NCBI GenBank assembly: GCA_003216915.1
Contig: QCIB01000007.1
Coordinates: 4,091 to 68,090, forward strand
Reading direction: 5' to 3'
Source of the DNA: Prochlorococcus sp. AG-402-I23
Lineage (GTDB): Bacteria > Cyanobacteriota > Cyanobacteriia > PCC-6307 > Cyanobiaceae
Length of the DNA stretch: 64,000 nt
Made by a program: the position numbers and the translations under genes. Below are positions 30,139 to 41,408 of the stretch, piece after piece. Below the pieces are notes generated by a model. It did no database searches. It saw nothing but the letters and a program-made list of their open reading frames with translations, and was not told the origin of the DNA. Each line of letters begins with the position of its first letter. The first letter of the stretch is position 1.

Positions 30139-32082
30139 TCAAATTTTCTTACTAAATTTGTTTTCATACATATTTTCTATTTGTAATGAATACTTTTTTT
30201 CTATTTCTTTTCTTTTTTGTTTAAGAGTTTGTGTTAATAACCCATTTTCTAGAGTAAAGGCATCAACAAAATAACAATCTAATATTTGTTCTTCTGATCT
30301 TGCTCCTAATCGACTTTTAAGCAAATTATTAATTTGTGATTTGAAAAATGTACCAATTTTCTTATTCAGGTTTAATTTTGAAAGGTCTTCTTCCAAAAAC
30401 TTGCTTTTAACCAATTCAACATTAGGAACTATGAGAGCTGTTAAACATTTCTTATCTTGTCCTACTAATTGAATCTGATTAATAAATTCAGAACTAAGAA
30501 TTTCAGTCTCTAGGGGATTCGGTTCTATATTTTCACCACTTGATAGCACTATTGTATCCTTGGCTCTTCCGGTTATAAAGAGAGAACCATTTGGTATTAG
30601 AAAACCTAAATCACCAGTATCAAACCAACCATCCTTGGATAAAACATCATTTGTAGCTATTTCATTATTAAGATAACCTTTCATTACTTGCGGCCCCCTA
30701 ACAAGAATTTTCCCGACTTCTCTGAACTTCAGAATCTTTTTTTTATCATCATTCACTATTTTGATTTCAGTAAATGAAAGAGGCTGCCCAGATGATCCTC
30801 TAACATTTAATTCTCTTCTCCTACAAGTTAATACTGGACTAGTTTCTGTGAGTCCATATCCCACCAAAACATCTACACCTAAAGATTCAAAAAAAAGATC
30901 TACATGTTCTGGCAATGCACCTCCACCGTTGATGGGAAATTTCAGTTTTTCTCCACATAGTTGTCTAAGAATATTCGGCCATAAAAAAATAGTAGACAAT
31001 TTATGTAAAGGGTATCGGCTAATAACAGAACACAGTAAGGGGATTTTTGATTTAAAAGTTATTTGATTTATATCTATATTTCTTATCTTTCTAAGACTTC
31101 TTTTAGAAACCGAACTATTACTTATCAAAAACTTAATAAGTTTTTGCTTTTTGGAAGGCATTTTTTTCAAAGCCTGAAAAAAACCATCATGTATTGCTTC
31201 CCATAGTCTCGGTACAGTAGCCATGACAACAGGTTTTATTTGTGTAATATCATCTTTAAGAAATTTTGGAATTGTATAGTATTGAGAACAACCGCATGAA
31301 AAAAAGAAGTATTCAGCACTTCTCTCATAAGAATGCCAGATAGGCAAAACGCTTAATACAGAGGTCCCTGGTTCTGGATCAGCGATATAGGCTAAATTGA
31401 TTATTTGATGTAAAAAATTTGCATGAGTCAAAGGCACACCTTTAGGTTTTCCGGTCGTCCCAGAAGTGTAAAGAATAGTAGCGACGTCATCAATTTCTGG
31501 ATTAAATTTTGCAAGATTATTATTTTGTGAATTTTCTTTTTCTACTGAACTTATGAATGTACTCCAACTTATTAAACTTTCAAATTCTTCATCTTCTAAA
31601 TTGATTATAAATTTGAGTCTTTTTTTTAATTCTTCTTTGTTGTTTAACTTTAGCCAAATTTCCTTAGATTGAACTATTAGTCCTACTGAATTAGAGTGCC
31701 CAATAATATAGTCTAATTCTACTGAAGGAGAATTAATACCTCTCACTGCATTTATAGCTCCTAAACGCATTAAGCCTTGATCTACTGCTAGCCATCTTGG
31801 AGAATTTTCAGATATTACAGTAACTACATCCCCCTTTTTTAAACCATAATTTTCGAAAGAAAAAGAGACTTTTGTTATTAAATCAGCTAGCTCAGAATAA
31901 GAAAATTTTTCTTTGTATTTCCCTCTTAAATCGCAAACAGCTAAAGTATCACCACATTTAAATTTTAATTTTTCCCAAATTTGATCTATATGATCAAGGT
32001 TCTTAATAAAATCTCTATTTTTGGCAAATGTATTTTTTTTAGAAAGAGGTTTGGCTGAAGGCCAATACGCTAAATCACCCAT
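30139..32082 (-). CDS. Long-chain acyl-ACP/CoA synthetase (Aas/FadD)
   Basis: YTSGTTGKPKG, GYGLTETSP, GWFDTGDLG. Confidence 0.93.
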   Translation of the reverse strand: MGDLAYWPSAKPLSKKNTFAKNRDFIKNLDHIDQIWEKLKFKCGDTLAVCDLRGKYKEKFSYSELADLITKVSFSFENYGLKKGDVVTVISENSPRWLAVDQGLMRLGAINAVRGINSPSVELDYIIGHSNSVGLIVQSKEIWLKLNNKEELKKRLKFIINLEDEEFESLISWSTFISSVEKENSQNNNLAKFNPEIDDVATILYTSGTTGKPKGVPLTHANFLHQIINLAYIADPEPGTSVLSVLPIWHSYERSAEYFFFSCGCSQYYTIPKFLKDDITQIKPVVMATVPRLWEAIHDGFFQALKKMPSKKQKLIKFLISNSSVSKRSLRKIRNIDINQITFKSKIPLLCSVISRYPLHKLSTIFLWPNILRQLCGEKLKFPINGGGALPEHVDLFFESLGVDVLVGYGLTETSPVLTCRRRELNVRGSSGQPLSFTEIKIVNDDKKKILKFREVGKILVRGPQVMKGYLNNEIATNDVLSKDGWFDTGDLGFLIPNGSLFITGRAKDTIVLSSGENIEPNPLETEILSSEFINQIQLVGQDKKCLTALIVPNVELVKSKFLEEDLSKLNLNKKIGTFFKSQINNLLKSRLGARSEEQILDCYFVDAFTLENGLLTQTLKQKRKEIEKKYSLQIENMYENKFSKKI

Positions 32083-32109
32083 ATTAAATTGATTTTGAAA
32101 TTTTAATTT

Positions 32110-32760
32110 CTATTTTGATATAAAATCAAAATTAAATTCTTCCTCGATGGTTTTTTTAACAATTCTCTTGACTTCTTGAATATTTAAATTTTTGTTGTAA
32201 TCAATCATATTTGCCATAAGACAATTTTCTATTCCGCAAGGAACAATCTTATTAAAGTTTTCTAATTCGCAGTCAATATTGATTGAAAATCCATTTATCG
32301 TAATCCATCTTTTACACCCAATTCCAATTGATGCGATTTTCTTATTTCCTATCCAAACACCAGTAAACCCTTTTCTAGAGTGACAATCTATATTAAAAGC
32401 TCCAAGGATTTTTATAATAATTTCTTCAATTTTTCTTAAGTACCAATTTAAATCTTTATTAAAATTTTTCAAATCTAAAACCAAATACGTTACTAATTGT
32501 CCTGGCATATGACAAGTTACCTCACCACCTCTATCAATCTTAAAAACATCATATTCAGCATCATTTAGAGAAAATAGTAAATTATCGTAATTAGATCCTC
32601 TCCCCAATGTATAACAGAGTTGATGCTCCCCTATCCAAATAAAATCAGGGTTAGAATTATCTAAAATCAATGCCTCCTGATATTCTTTTTGTAATTTATA
32701 AACATCATTAAAAGAAGAAATATTATCAGGTTGTTTAATTATTGCTGTTCTATTATCCAT
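32110..32760 (-). CDS. lipB: Octanoyltransferase
   Basis: EH...YTLGR, DRGGEVT.H.PGQ, KIASIG, IVPCG. Confidence 0.95.
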   Translation of the reverse strand: MDNRTAIIKQPDNISSFNDVYKLQKEYQEALILDNSNPDFIWIGEHQLCYTLGRGSNYDNLLFSLNDAEYDVFKIDRGGEVTCHMPGQLVTYLVLDLKNFNKDLNWYLRKIEEIIIKILGAFNIDCHSRKGFTGVWIGNKKIASIGIGCKRWITINGFSINIDCELENFNKIVPCGIENCLMANMIDYNKNLNIQEVKRIVKKTIEEEFNFDFISK

Positions 32761-32804
32761 ATTTAAGTAGATTTAGAAAGTAAGTAAATATTTTTAGATT
32801 TGTT

Positions 32805-33389
32805 ATGAAAATTTTAATCCATGGAAAGAACCTTGAGCTCACTGGAGCATTAAAAGAATATACTGAGGCAAAGATAGAAAAAGCAACAAATCACTATAAG
32901 GATATCGTTAAAGAAGCTGACATACACCTTTCAATTGAAAAGAATCCAAGAGTTTCGTGCCAAACTGCAGAAGTTACTATTTTTGCAAATGGTACCGTAA
33001 TTAGAGCTGAAGAAAAAACTGAAAATCTATACTCAAGCATTGATTTAGTTTCAAATAAACTTTGTAGAAAATTACGCAAATACAAAGAAAGAAACAATAA
33101 AACAATTCATAATAAACAATTTAAAAATAAAGATTCTTTACCAATTGAAAGTATGGAATCAAATTTTTTAGATAAAGCTTTATTTAAAGGAGGAACTGAA
33201 GCAAGTCTGCCTGAGCCATCTATAAAAAATAAATACTTTGAAATGACTCCAATTTCATCAGAAGAAGCTAGAAAACAATTAGATCTAATTGATCATGATT
33301 TTTACGTTTTTCGAAACAAGAAAAATAATGAACTTCAAGTTATATATAAGAGGAATCATGGAGGTTATGGACTGATTCAATCTAAATAA
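32805..33389 (+). CDS. hpf: Ribosome hibernation promoting factor (long HPF/LrtA)
   Basis: I.GKNLE.T, LY.SID, DHDFYVF, YKR..GGYGLI. Confidence 0.94.
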   Translation: MKILIHGKNLELTGALKEYTEAKIEKATNHYKDIVKEADIHLSIEKNPRVSCQTAEVTIFANGTVIRAEEKTENLYSSIDLVSNKLCRKLRKYKERNNKTIHNKQFKNKDSLPIESMESNFLDKALFKGGTEASLPEPSIKNKYFEMTPISSEEARKQLDLIDHDFYVFRNKKNNELQVIYKRNHGGYGLIQSK

Positions 33390-33396
33390 GTTTTAA

Positions 33397-34056
33397 ATGC
33401 CTAATATTGAATATGAATTAAACGAAAAAATTCATGCCATTATTATTAACCCGTATTTAACCTGGGAACATTTCTGCGCGAATTGCGATTTAATAAAAAA
33501 ATACAATATCAAGAATATTTCTACTTCACTGAATTATTTGGCTCATTTTAAAGAAACTTTGGGTAATTACAGCACGAATATAAACGCACTCATTTCTTAC
33601 CCTTTAGCAGATTTACCAGTTACAATTATTGAAGAATTAGTTTATTTTGCAAAAGATAAAGGTGCAAACGGAATTGAATATATCCCAAACTTTATCAATT
33701 TATACAAAAAAAACTTAGAAACTTTCGCTGCTGAAATTGAGCAAGTCAAGCTATCTGGATTACCAGTTTCAATAATCATAAATAAATCAAAACTACAAGA
33801 GAAAGTTTTTATTAATGCGATAGAAATATGTTTGGAATTAGGAATAAAAAATTTTCAATTCGGGGATGGTTTTGGGTCTCCTCTTACATCTAATGACGTC
33901 TGCGAAATACTAAAAATAACAGGCTCACAAAATCAAATCAAAGTTGTTGGTGGCATAAAAAAACTGATGCAAGTAATTGATTTGTTTGATAATGGAATTA
34001 GTTGCGTGGGAACTTCAAATTTTTGTGAAATTTTTGAAGAAATAAACGTTATTTAA
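33397..34056 (+). CDS. deoC: Deoxyribose-phosphate aldolase-like protein (divergent)
   Basis: TIM-barrel DeoC pattern (YP.A, KGA..IE, IK..GGIK, GTS); lies between hpf and recO. Confidence 0.72.
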   Translation: MPNIEYELNEKIHAIIINPYLTWEHFCANCDLIKKYNIKNISTSLNYLAHFKETLGNYSTNINALISYPLADLPVTIIEELVYFAKDKGANGIEYIPNFINLYKKNLETFAAEIEQVKLSGLPVSIIINKSKLQEKVFINAIEICLELGIKNFQFGDGFGSPLTSNDVCEILKITGSQNQIKVVGGIKKLMQVIDLFDNGISCVGTSNFCEIFEEINVI

Positions 34057-34842
34057 ATGTCTGGTTCTGGTGAGTGCAGACTAAAAGGTCTCTGTATTAA
34101 AGCTTCTCCATTAGGCGAGAATGATAGATTAATAACTATCCTTACCGATGAGCAAGGGATTGTTAGATTAGCGGTACCTGGTGCTAGGCGTCCTAAAAGT
34201 AGTCTTGCCGCAGCTACTCCTTTAACATATTTAAGTCTGCAGATTTTTGGGAAAAGAAATCTTAAATCTGTACGTCAAATTAAAATATTAAAAAGCTATT
34301 CTGGTCTAGGAAAAAATATTGAATGTCTTGCAGCTGCTCAAGCAATAACTGAATTAACATTTTTATTAGTAGGTAATAATGACAAGCAACAAGACTATTT
34401 ATCTTGCGTTCTTGCACATCTAGATAGGATTTATTTATATAAAGAGTCTCAAGAAGAAGATATTAAAATGCTCTCAATGAGTATTCAATCTTTAATACAT
34501 CTATTAGCCATCGGGGGTATTAATTTACCAATTCATCATTGTTGTAAAACTGGAGAACCTATTATTCCACCTTTAGGAAATTGGGAATGGAGTTGTTATT
34601 ATTTGCCAATTGAAGGATTTTCATCCATAGAAGATCCTCAAAGTAATCTAAAAGTAAATGCATCCGAAGTTGCTCTATTACAGAGACTTCTTTTCCCAGA
34701 ATTACCAATAAAGTCTAATGGAGAGCTGTTGGGACCTAAAACAGTCTGGCTTAAAATATTATTTATTATTGAAACTTGGATCTCTACTCAACTAGAGAAA
34801 GAATTATCTTCACTAAAAATGTTGAGAGAAATATATAGTTAA
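34057..34842 (+). CDS. recO: DNA repair protein RecO
   Basis: GENDRLITILT, A.PGARRPKS, Cys cluster. Confidence 0.92.
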   Translation: MSGSGECRLKGLCIKASPLGENDRLITILTDEQGIVRLAVPGARRPKSSLAAATPLTYLSLQIFGKRNLKSVRQIKILKSYSGLGKNIECLAAAQAITELTFLLVGNNDKQQDYLSCVLAHLDRIYLYKESQEEDIKMLSMSIQSLIHLLAIGGINLPIHHCCKTGEPIIPPLGNWEWSCYYLPIEGFSSIEDPQSNLKVNASEVALLQRLLFPELPIKSNGELLGPKTVWLKILFIIETWISTQLEKELSSLKMLREIYS

Positions 34843-34927
34843 AATTTTCATAAACTATGAATAAATCTTAAAAATATGATTATAGCCACTCTGACTGTTA
34901 ATTTAATAAATAGTTAATTCAATCAAT

Positions 34928-36085
34928 GTGGTTCATGTTGCCTGGTTGGGTAAGAAATCTCCTTTTTGTGGAAATGTAACTTATGGTAATTCAACTACTG
35001 AGAAATTAAAGGCTAAAGGTCATAAAATTAGTTTCATTCATTTCGACAATCCTTCTAGTTCAAATTCATCAAAGCCATTATTTCTGGCAAATGATCCTGA
35101 TGTAAGCCTTCCATATTTAATTAAGTCCCAAGTTTATACAATACCCTCACCAAGAGCAGAAAAAGAGCTAAGGCTATCATTGGAAAGATTAAAGCCTGAT
35201 TTAGTACATGCAAGCTTAACTTTATCTCCTTTGGACTTTAGACTTCCAGAGATTTGTGATGAAATTAATCTTCCACTCATAGGAACATTTCACCCACCAT
35301 TTGATGCAAAAAATAGAAATTTAACTGCTAGCACTCAACAGTTAACATATCAACTTTATGCCCCCTCTCTATCAAAGTTCGATAAAATAATCATTTTTTC
35401 CGAACTTCAAAAAAATGTTCTTTATAAATTAGGGGTACCTAAAGAAAAACAAATAATTATTCCAAACGGTGTTGATGAGAATATTTGGAAACCTTTTTGC
35501 GAAAAAAATAAAAAATATGCTCAGGTAAAAAACAAACTTGGAAATGAAAGAATCTTTTTATATATGGGTAGGATTGCTAATGAGAAAAATATCGAGGCAC
35601 TTTTACGTTCTTGGCGCCAAACAAAAACTCAAAATTGCAAATTAGTTATTGTTGGGGATGGACCAATGAAGCCAACACTTGAAAATAGTTTTTCTAACCT
35701 TGGTAATGAAAAATTAATTTGGTGGGGTGCCGAATTAGATTTAGAAACTAGGATAGCAATAATGCAAATAGCAGAAGTATTTTTCTTACCAAGCTTAGTA
35801 GAAGGTTTATCATTATCACTTTTAGAGGCAATGTCTGCTGGTACTGCTTGTGTAGCTACAGATGCCGGAGCTGATGGTGAAGTTTTAGATAACGGAGCAG
35901 GAATAGTAATTTCAACTGATAATGTGGCTTCACAATTAAAAACTATAATCCCAATTCTTGTAGAACACCCTTCATTTACAAAAGATCTTGGAGAAAAAGC
36001 TAGAGAACGTATACTTGAGAGATACACAATTACTAAAAATATAAATTCACTTGAAAAAGTTTATATGAACTTAAAAGATAATTGA
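34928..36085 (+). CDS. Glycosyltransferase family 4
   Basis: IPNGVD, GRIA.EKN, PS..EGLSLSLLEAM. Confidence 0.92.
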   Translation: MVHVAWLGKKSPFCGNVTYGNSTTEKLKAKGHKISFIHFDNPSSSNSSKPLFLANDPDVSLPYLIKSQVYTIPSPRAEKELRLSLERLKPDLVHASLTLSPLDFRLPEICDEINLPLIGTFHPPFDAKNRNLTASTQQLTYQLYAPSLSKFDKIIIFSELQKNVLYKLGVPKEKQIIIPNGVDENIWKPFCEKNKKYAQVKNKLGNERIFLYMGRIANEKNIEALLRSWRQTKTQNCKLVIVGDGPMKPTLENSFSNLGNEKLIWWGAELDLETRIAIMQIAEVFFLPSLVEGLSLSLLEAMSAGTACVATDAGADGEVLDNGAGIVISTDNVASQLKTIIPILVEHPSFTKDLGEKARERILERYTITKNINSLEKVYMNLKDN

Positions 36086-36090
36086 AAAAC

Positions 36091-36903
36091 CTAATGAAAC
36101 TCTTTACTTCGATTACTAGCTGAAACTATTGATTCAATTAATGCTGACCTTACACTCTTATTTTCTAAAACCCTTAAAGCAGAAATAGTTGTTCCACCTG
36201 GAGAGGTTACTAAATTTTTAAGCTCAGAAGTAGTAAGTTTATTTCCCTTTATTAGACAAATAGTCCCTAGTATCATTTCCATAACAAGTTCCTCTGAAAT
36301 TATTTTTGGTAATCCCCCGCTTAATCCTCCATCACTTAATGCTTCTATAATTAAAGCAATAATTGCAGGACCTGATGAAGTTAAAGCTAAAAATATATCA
36401 AGGTAATCTTCAGTAAATTCATAAATTTTACTAGTATTTTCAAATAATTTTTTTGTAAATTGTTTCTGATCTTTTGTAATTTCTTCTCCCCAAGAAATCC
36501 CTGTTAAACCTTTTCCAATAGTTATTGGAATATTTGTAACCACCCTTACACATTTATGATTAGGAAACTTTTGAGTCAGTCTATTTATTGAAACCCCTGC
36601 AAGAATTGAAACTATTAGATTGTCCTTGTTTTTTATATAATGAGCTTCACTTATATCATTAAATTGTTGGGGTTTTATCGAAAGAAGTTTATATTGACAA
36701 TCCCAAATTATTTTTGACTCTTTAGAGCCTGATATATAAACGTTTATATTATGTTTATAATTCTTTTTTATATTTTCTAAACTTTTTTCTGTATTAACAA
36801 CACAAAAAATATTCTCTGGCTGAATTAATTTGTTATCTAATAATGGGGTTACTATAGCACTTGCAATATTTCCAAAACCAATAATCGCAATTTTTTCAGT
36901 CAC
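36091..36903 (-). CDS. proC: Pyrroline-5-carboxylate reductase
   Basis: IGFGNIA, SGPA, VTSPGGTT. Confidence 0.94.
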   Translation of the reverse strand: MTEKIAIIGFGNIASAIVTPLLDNKLIQPENIFCVVNTEKSLENIKKNYKHNINVYISGSKESKIIWDCQYKLLSIKPQQFNDISEAHYIKNKDNLIVSILAGVSINRLTQKFPNHKCVRVVTNIPITIGKGLTGISWGEEITKDQKQFTKKLFENTSKIYEFTEDYLDIFLALTSSGPAIIALIIEALSDGGLSGGLPKIISEELVMEMILGTICLIKGNKLTTSELKNLVTSPGGTTISALRVLENKSVRSALIESIVSASNRSKEFH

Positions 36904-36910
36904 AGATTAA

Positions 36911-37486
36911 TCATGAATAAGCACTTAATTTAGAATTACCCCATGCTGGTTCAGGAGTAGTATTTTTGCCCAAATTATATTGTGGTGTGTTTTCTGTAGA
37001 CACAGAAGAAGGAGAAGCTTCTTCTGGGGAAGAACTAGTTACATTTACACAACTTGGAGCAAAAAGAAAAATACTTTCACCGACTCTCTCTTGATGTCCA
37101 TCAATTGCATATGTACCCCCAGCAATAAAATCAACCGCTCTTTGAGCTTGATCAGGATCCATCATAGTTAAATTGAGAATTACAGTTTTTCTCTCTCTTA
37201 ATGCTTGTATAGCTTGAGGCATCTCATCAAAACTTCTTGGTTCCATTAAGCTTACTTCTGAGGATGAATTTGAGATCCCAGGCATACCAACTACTTTTGA
37301 TGATCTGTTGTTATTCATAAAATCGAATGGATTTGAATTTGCAAGGGCATTTGCATTCTTTGGATTTTGTTTGAAATTATTAATATCATTTAATTCATCC
37401 TCTGAAGCATAATCCAACTCATCAAAATCATCATCGAGATACTCATCCCCTGCAACAACCGCCTTTAATCTAGAAATAAGTGACAC
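36911..37486 (-). CDS. sepF: Cell division protein SepF
   Basis: [30 protein letters not shown]. Confidence 0.95.
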   Translation of the reverse strand: MSLISRLKAVVAGDEYLDDDFDELDYASEDELNDINNFKQNPKNANALANSNPFDFMNNNRSSKVVGMPGISNSSSEVSLMEPRSFDEMPQAIQALRERKTVILNLTMMDPDQAQRAVDFIAGGTYAIDGHQERVGESIFLFAPSCVNVTSSSPEEASPSSVSTENTPQYNLGKNTTPEPAWGNSKLSAYS

Positions 37487-37635
37487 CTTTTAAATCCTCT
37501 TGAAATTGATTACTAAGGTTTAAGAACCTTAAGTAATAGATTCATTTTTTAAATGAATAAACTACCTATACTTAAATAACGTTAGTTGAACTTTACTGCA
37601 AGTTTATAGATAAGATTTTTATAAAAAATAACTAA

Positions 37636-38271
37636 TTAGGATCTACCTCCAAAAATCAATGATCCTAATCTTAACCAAGTTGATCCAGCGTCAATAGCTT
37701 CCTCCCAATCACCTGACATCCCCATGGAACAATCTGGGAGTTGCAGTGAATCAGCGAGAGCACGACATTTTTTGAACAACCCTGAATTTTCTTTAGAGCT
37801 AAGTCCTTTAGGATTGATAGTCATCAAACCGGTTAATGAAATATTTTTCAACTCTTGAATTTCTCTCCATTTCAAAATTAAAAATTCAGGATTAAAGCCT
37901 CCTTTATTAGGGTCATCACTCAACTTTACTTGCAACATTATTAATGGATTTTTCTTCTCTTCACGTGAAATATTAGAAATCTTTTGCAACTTTTCAAATG
38001 AATCTACTGAATGAATGTATTTAAAATTTTGAACTATTTTTCTTATTTTATTACTTTGTATTCTTCCAATAAAGTGCCAGTTTATTTGTTTAAGATCTTT
38101 TAAGGTTAATTGTTTTTCAAACGCCTCTTGAACCTTACTTTCACCAAAATCGTTCTGACCTATATTTTGAATAGTTTTGATTTCTTGACTTTTAAATCCT
38201 TTACTTACAGCAAGAATATTTACATTTGATGGTATTTTATTTTTTATTTTTAAATAATTTGAAGGGTTCAC
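37636..38271 (-). CDS. pipY: PLP homeostasis protein YggS/PipY
   Basis: LAVSK, FGES.VQE, WHFIG.IQSNK, SMGMSGD. Confidence 0.93.
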   Translation of the reverse strand: MNPSNYLKIKNKIPSNVNILAVSKGFKSQEIKTIQNIGQNDFGESKVQEAFEKQLTLKDLKQINWHFIGRIQSNKIRKIVQNFKYIHSVDSFEKLQKISNISREEKKNPLIMLQVKLSDDPNKGGFNPEFLILKWREIQELKNISLTGLMTINPKGLSSKENSGLFKKCRALADSLQLPDCSMGMSGDWEEAIDAGSTWLRLGSLIFGGRS

Positions 38272-38274
38272 CTT

Positions 38275-38541
38275 TTATAAGAAAGTTTGCGTAAATAAAT
38301 TCTCCCATTTAGATAGTTCTTCAGATCCTTTTCTTCTAGCTTTTTGAAGGTTTAATTCGGCCTGATTACGGGCATCTAAATAAGGTATAACTTCAAAAAA
38401 GACTTCTCTCTGTCGAACTTCTACCAAGAAAAACATTTTTTGAGCGTATAAAGTTGCATAAATATCTCTCCCATCATTTCCTGGAGAAACTTGATATAAC
38501 ATGCCAAATGTTGGATGGTTTAAATAACGCTCAGAACTCAA
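38275..38541 (-). CDS. pipX: PII/NtcA-interacting protein PipX
   Basis: ERYLNHPTFGMLY, ATLYAQKMFFLV. Confidence 0.95.
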   Translation of the reverse strand: MSSERYLNHPTFGMLYQVSPGNDGRDIYATLYAQKMFFLVEVRQREVFFEVIPYLDARNQAELNLQKARRKGSEELSKWENLFTQTFL

Positions 38542-38560
38542 ACCTAAAATATTGTGTTAT

Positions 38561-39475
38561 TTATAATGCACCATACAGTTTTCTAAGAAAAATTGCTATG
38601 CAAATAAAACAAATCGATAATGTATTAACAATTACATTGAGAGATTTTGAAGGATAAAGAGTTCTAAATCTGTTGGTTTTTGTAATAATTTTTTTCTTTG
38701 AGAGTAATGATTCTGCTCCATGATCAATTCTCAGAAATATATTTTGAAATAACCTTTCAACTAAGATTAATAAAACATTAAAGGATTTCTTTAATCCTAA
38801 ATTTCGAAAATTAATTGATCTAACTGACACTGATTTAATGATATTTTGAAGTTCTTCCTGCACTAGAGGAATAAAACGTAATGCAATTAACAACTGAAAA
38901 AGCCACTTACTAGTTGGCAATCCAATCTTTCTTAATGGATACATAAACCAACTTAATCCCCATACAATATCTTCCTGCAATGTGGTTAAAAGCATCAAAT
39001 TTACACTATGAATAACGGTAAATATCAAAGTGGAGGTTTTTATTCCTAGTTCAAAAGCTTTTCTTGATAAGTTGTAGGGGCCAAAATTAATAAGCCATAT
39101 CTTCTGCGAAGGAATTTGCAAAATATTCCATTCTTTTTGGCTTTCCAGTACTACTTCCAACTCATTGGGATTTCTTAAGTAGCCATCAAGAGATTGAATA
39201 TCAGACGAAGCCAGTATTGATATACATCCAACTAAAAGTGACAAACATGAGAGAAAAAATAATGATCGCCACCATACTCTAGATGGCAATAAACTTAAAA
39301 AAGTAATGAATAGTAAAAAACCAACTAAACTCAATCTCCATATTGGACCTGCCCAAATTGGAGTGATTAAAAATATCATTACCATAATTATTTTTAATCT
39401 ACTATCTATAATTCTTAGCCAACTTCTATTACCATGAACGTATTGACCAACAGAAAATTTGGTAAGCAAATTCAT
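38561..39475 (-). CDS. Energy-coupling factor transporter T component (CbiQ/EcfT)
   Basis: D.RLK, LLTT..E, ALRFIPLVQEE. Confidence 0.88.
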   Translation of the reverse strand: MNLLTKFSVGQYVHGNRSWLRIIDSRLKIIMVMIFLITPIWAGPIWRLSLVGFLLFITFLSLLPSRVWWRSLFFLSCLSLLVGCISILASSDIQSLDGYLRNPNELEVVLESQKEWNILQIPSQKIWLINFGPYNLSRKAFELGIKTSTLIFTVIHSVNLMLLTTLQEDIVWGLSWFMYPLRKIGLPTSKWLFQLLIALRFIPLVQEELQNIIKSVSVRSINFRNLGLKKSFNVLLILVERLFQNIFLRIDHGAESLLSKKKIITKTNRFRTLYPSKSLNVIVNTLSICFICIAIFLRKLYGAL

Positions 39476-40848
39476 TAATCTTTTTGAATTAACTCAATAT
39501 TTTCTCTTTCGACTTCTTTATTTAAAGCTCTTTGCTGTTTTCCTCTCCAAAGTAAAATGATGGGTGTACCTTCAAAGCCTAAATTTACTCTAATTTGTTT
39601 TTCAATATATCTTCTATAAGTTATTCCGAATAATTTAGGGTCATTTACAAAAAGAGTAAAAGTGGGAGGTTTGTTCTTTACTTGAGTACCGTAATAAAGC
39701 CTACCTTGCTTGCCGCTTCTCTTCGTTGGAGGACTTTTCCAACTGATTGACTCTTTAAGTACTTCATTAACTACAGATGTTGTAACTCTTCTTCTATGTT
39801 GATTTACAGCATTAAGAGCATGCTCAAAAATATTATCAACTCTTTGACCAGTTAGGGCAGATATAAAAATCATTTTTGACCAGTGTAAAAAATAAAGTTT
39901 AGATCTAAGTTCTTTTTCTACTTGATAAATTGTTGAACTATTTTTTTCTACAAGATCCCATTTATTAACAACAATTATGCAAGCTCTACCTTGTTCCTCT
40001 ATGCGCCCAGCCAGCTTCTGGTCTTGATCAGTTACTCCATCTATAGCATCTATAACTAAAACACAAACATCACTTCTATCTATAGATTTAAAAGCCCTAT
40101 TAATACCAAAGAATTCAGTACCATATTTAACATTTTTCTTTCTTCTAATCCCTGCAGTATCAATAATTTTCCAATGATTATCACCTTTTTTAATAAGCGT
40201 ATCTATTGAATCAGTTGTCGTACCACTAATATCACTAACTATTGCTCTTTTTTCTCCACAGATTGAATTTAACAAACTAGATTTACCAACATTAGGCCTA
40301 CCAATAATTGACATCATTATCTTTTCTTCATCATCCTGGATATTATTTTCAGGAAGTTCTCCAATAACGAGATCTAAAAGATCCCCAGTACCTGAACCAT
40401 GAATAGCCGAAACAGGGTTAGGTTCGCCCAATCCTAATTTCCAGAACTCCGAAGCTAGAGATATTCCTAAAGTAGTCGATTCGCATTTATTAACAGCAAC
40501 AATTGTTTTACAGCTTGAGTTTCTTAACCATTTTGCTATTGATAAATCACCATCAGTAACGCCTTGGTTCCCATCGACCACCAGTAACGCAAGTGAAGCC
40601 TCTTCTAGAGCCAAGAAAACTTGTGTCCTTATCTCTGGGAGAAATTCACTATCATCATCAAAAACTAAACCTCCAGTATCAACTATTTGAAATTCCTTCC
40701 CTCCCCATGAAGCATTTTGATAAGTTCTATCTCTTGTAACTCCAGGTACATCAAATACTATTGCATCATTACTTTGGCAAAGACGATTAACTAAGGTAGA
40801 TTTCCCAACGTTAGGTCTTCCGATAATTGCTATTGTAGGAAGAATCAA
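39475..40848 (-). CDS. der: Ribosome biogenesis GTPase Der/EngA
   Basis: Two GRPNVGKS P-loops, DTGG/DTAG, C-terminal KH-like domain. Confidence 0.98.
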   Translation of the reverse strand: MILPTIAIIGRPNVGKSTLVNRLCQSNDAIVFDVPGVTRDRTYQNASWGGKEFQIVDTGGLVFDDDSEFLPEIRTQVFLALEEASLALLVVDGNQGVTDGDLSIAKWLRNSSCKTIVAVNKCESTTLGISLASEFWKLGLGEPNPVSAIHGSGTGDLLDLVIGELPENNIQDDEEKIMMSIIGRPNVGKSSLLNSICGEKRAIVSDISGTTTDSIDTLIKKGDNHWKIIDTAGIRRKKNVKYGTEFFGINRAFKSIDRSDVCVLVIDAIDGVTDQDQKLAGRIEEQGRACIIVVNKWDLVEKNSSTIYQVEKELRSKLYFLHWSKMIFISALTGQRVDNIFEHALNAVNQHRRRVTTSVVNEVLKESISWKSPPTKRSGKQGRLYYGTQVKNKPPTFTLFVNDPKLFGITYRRYIEKQIRVNLGFEGTPIILLWRGKQQRALNKEVERENIELIQKD

Positions 40849-40922
40849 TTCTTCTCTCCAAAGAAAGTAGTATCCATTACAACTATACCTTTAATAGAAT
40901 CATTTACCTTTTTCAAAAAAAC

Positions 40923-41408
40923 TTATTTAATTTCTGGATCGCCAAAATGTCCTTTAACTGGATTAACAGGGGGTTCACTAGGACTGGGCATTAATCCACT
41001 ATCATTTGAAAAACAATCATTTTCAATCGCCCAATAAATCAACCAATTTACTGCCGTCGCTCTTCTAGTTCTTCTTGGATAGAGTTCATTAATCTTATAG
41101 CCTTTAAAATTAAGAAAATTTTTCAATCCCTGTTTATACTCTTTTGGAATTGATCGAGTCAAATGTACTGAGGCTGTTCGCTCTGAAATGATTTGCGGAG
41201 CTTTTTCAAATTTTTCTGACCAATAAGAAGGAGTTAATGCGCTAAAGGCCCAATCATTTATAGAGAGTTCTTTAGTATAAAAAAGTCTTTCCCAAACCAG
41301 TTCACAAACAAAAACATCACTAACCCTATCTTCGAGAATAAGAAATAATAGATCCTTACATATTGGCCATGTAAATTGATTTTCAACTAATTTTTCTTTT
41401 TTATACAT
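40923..41408 (-). CDS. DUF1823 family protein
   Basis: SD.FV..LVWERL.Y, LTRSIP...KQ.LK..L.F.GY, PR.TRRATAVNWL. Confidence 0.82.
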   Translation of the reverse strand: MYKKEKLVENQFTWPICKDLLFLILEDRVSDVFVCELVWERLFYTKELSINDWAFSALTPSYWSEKFEKAPQIISERTASVHLTRSIPKEYKQGLKNFLNFKGYKINELYPRRTRRATAVNWLIYWAIENDCFSNDSGLMPSPSEPPVNPVKGHFGDPEIK

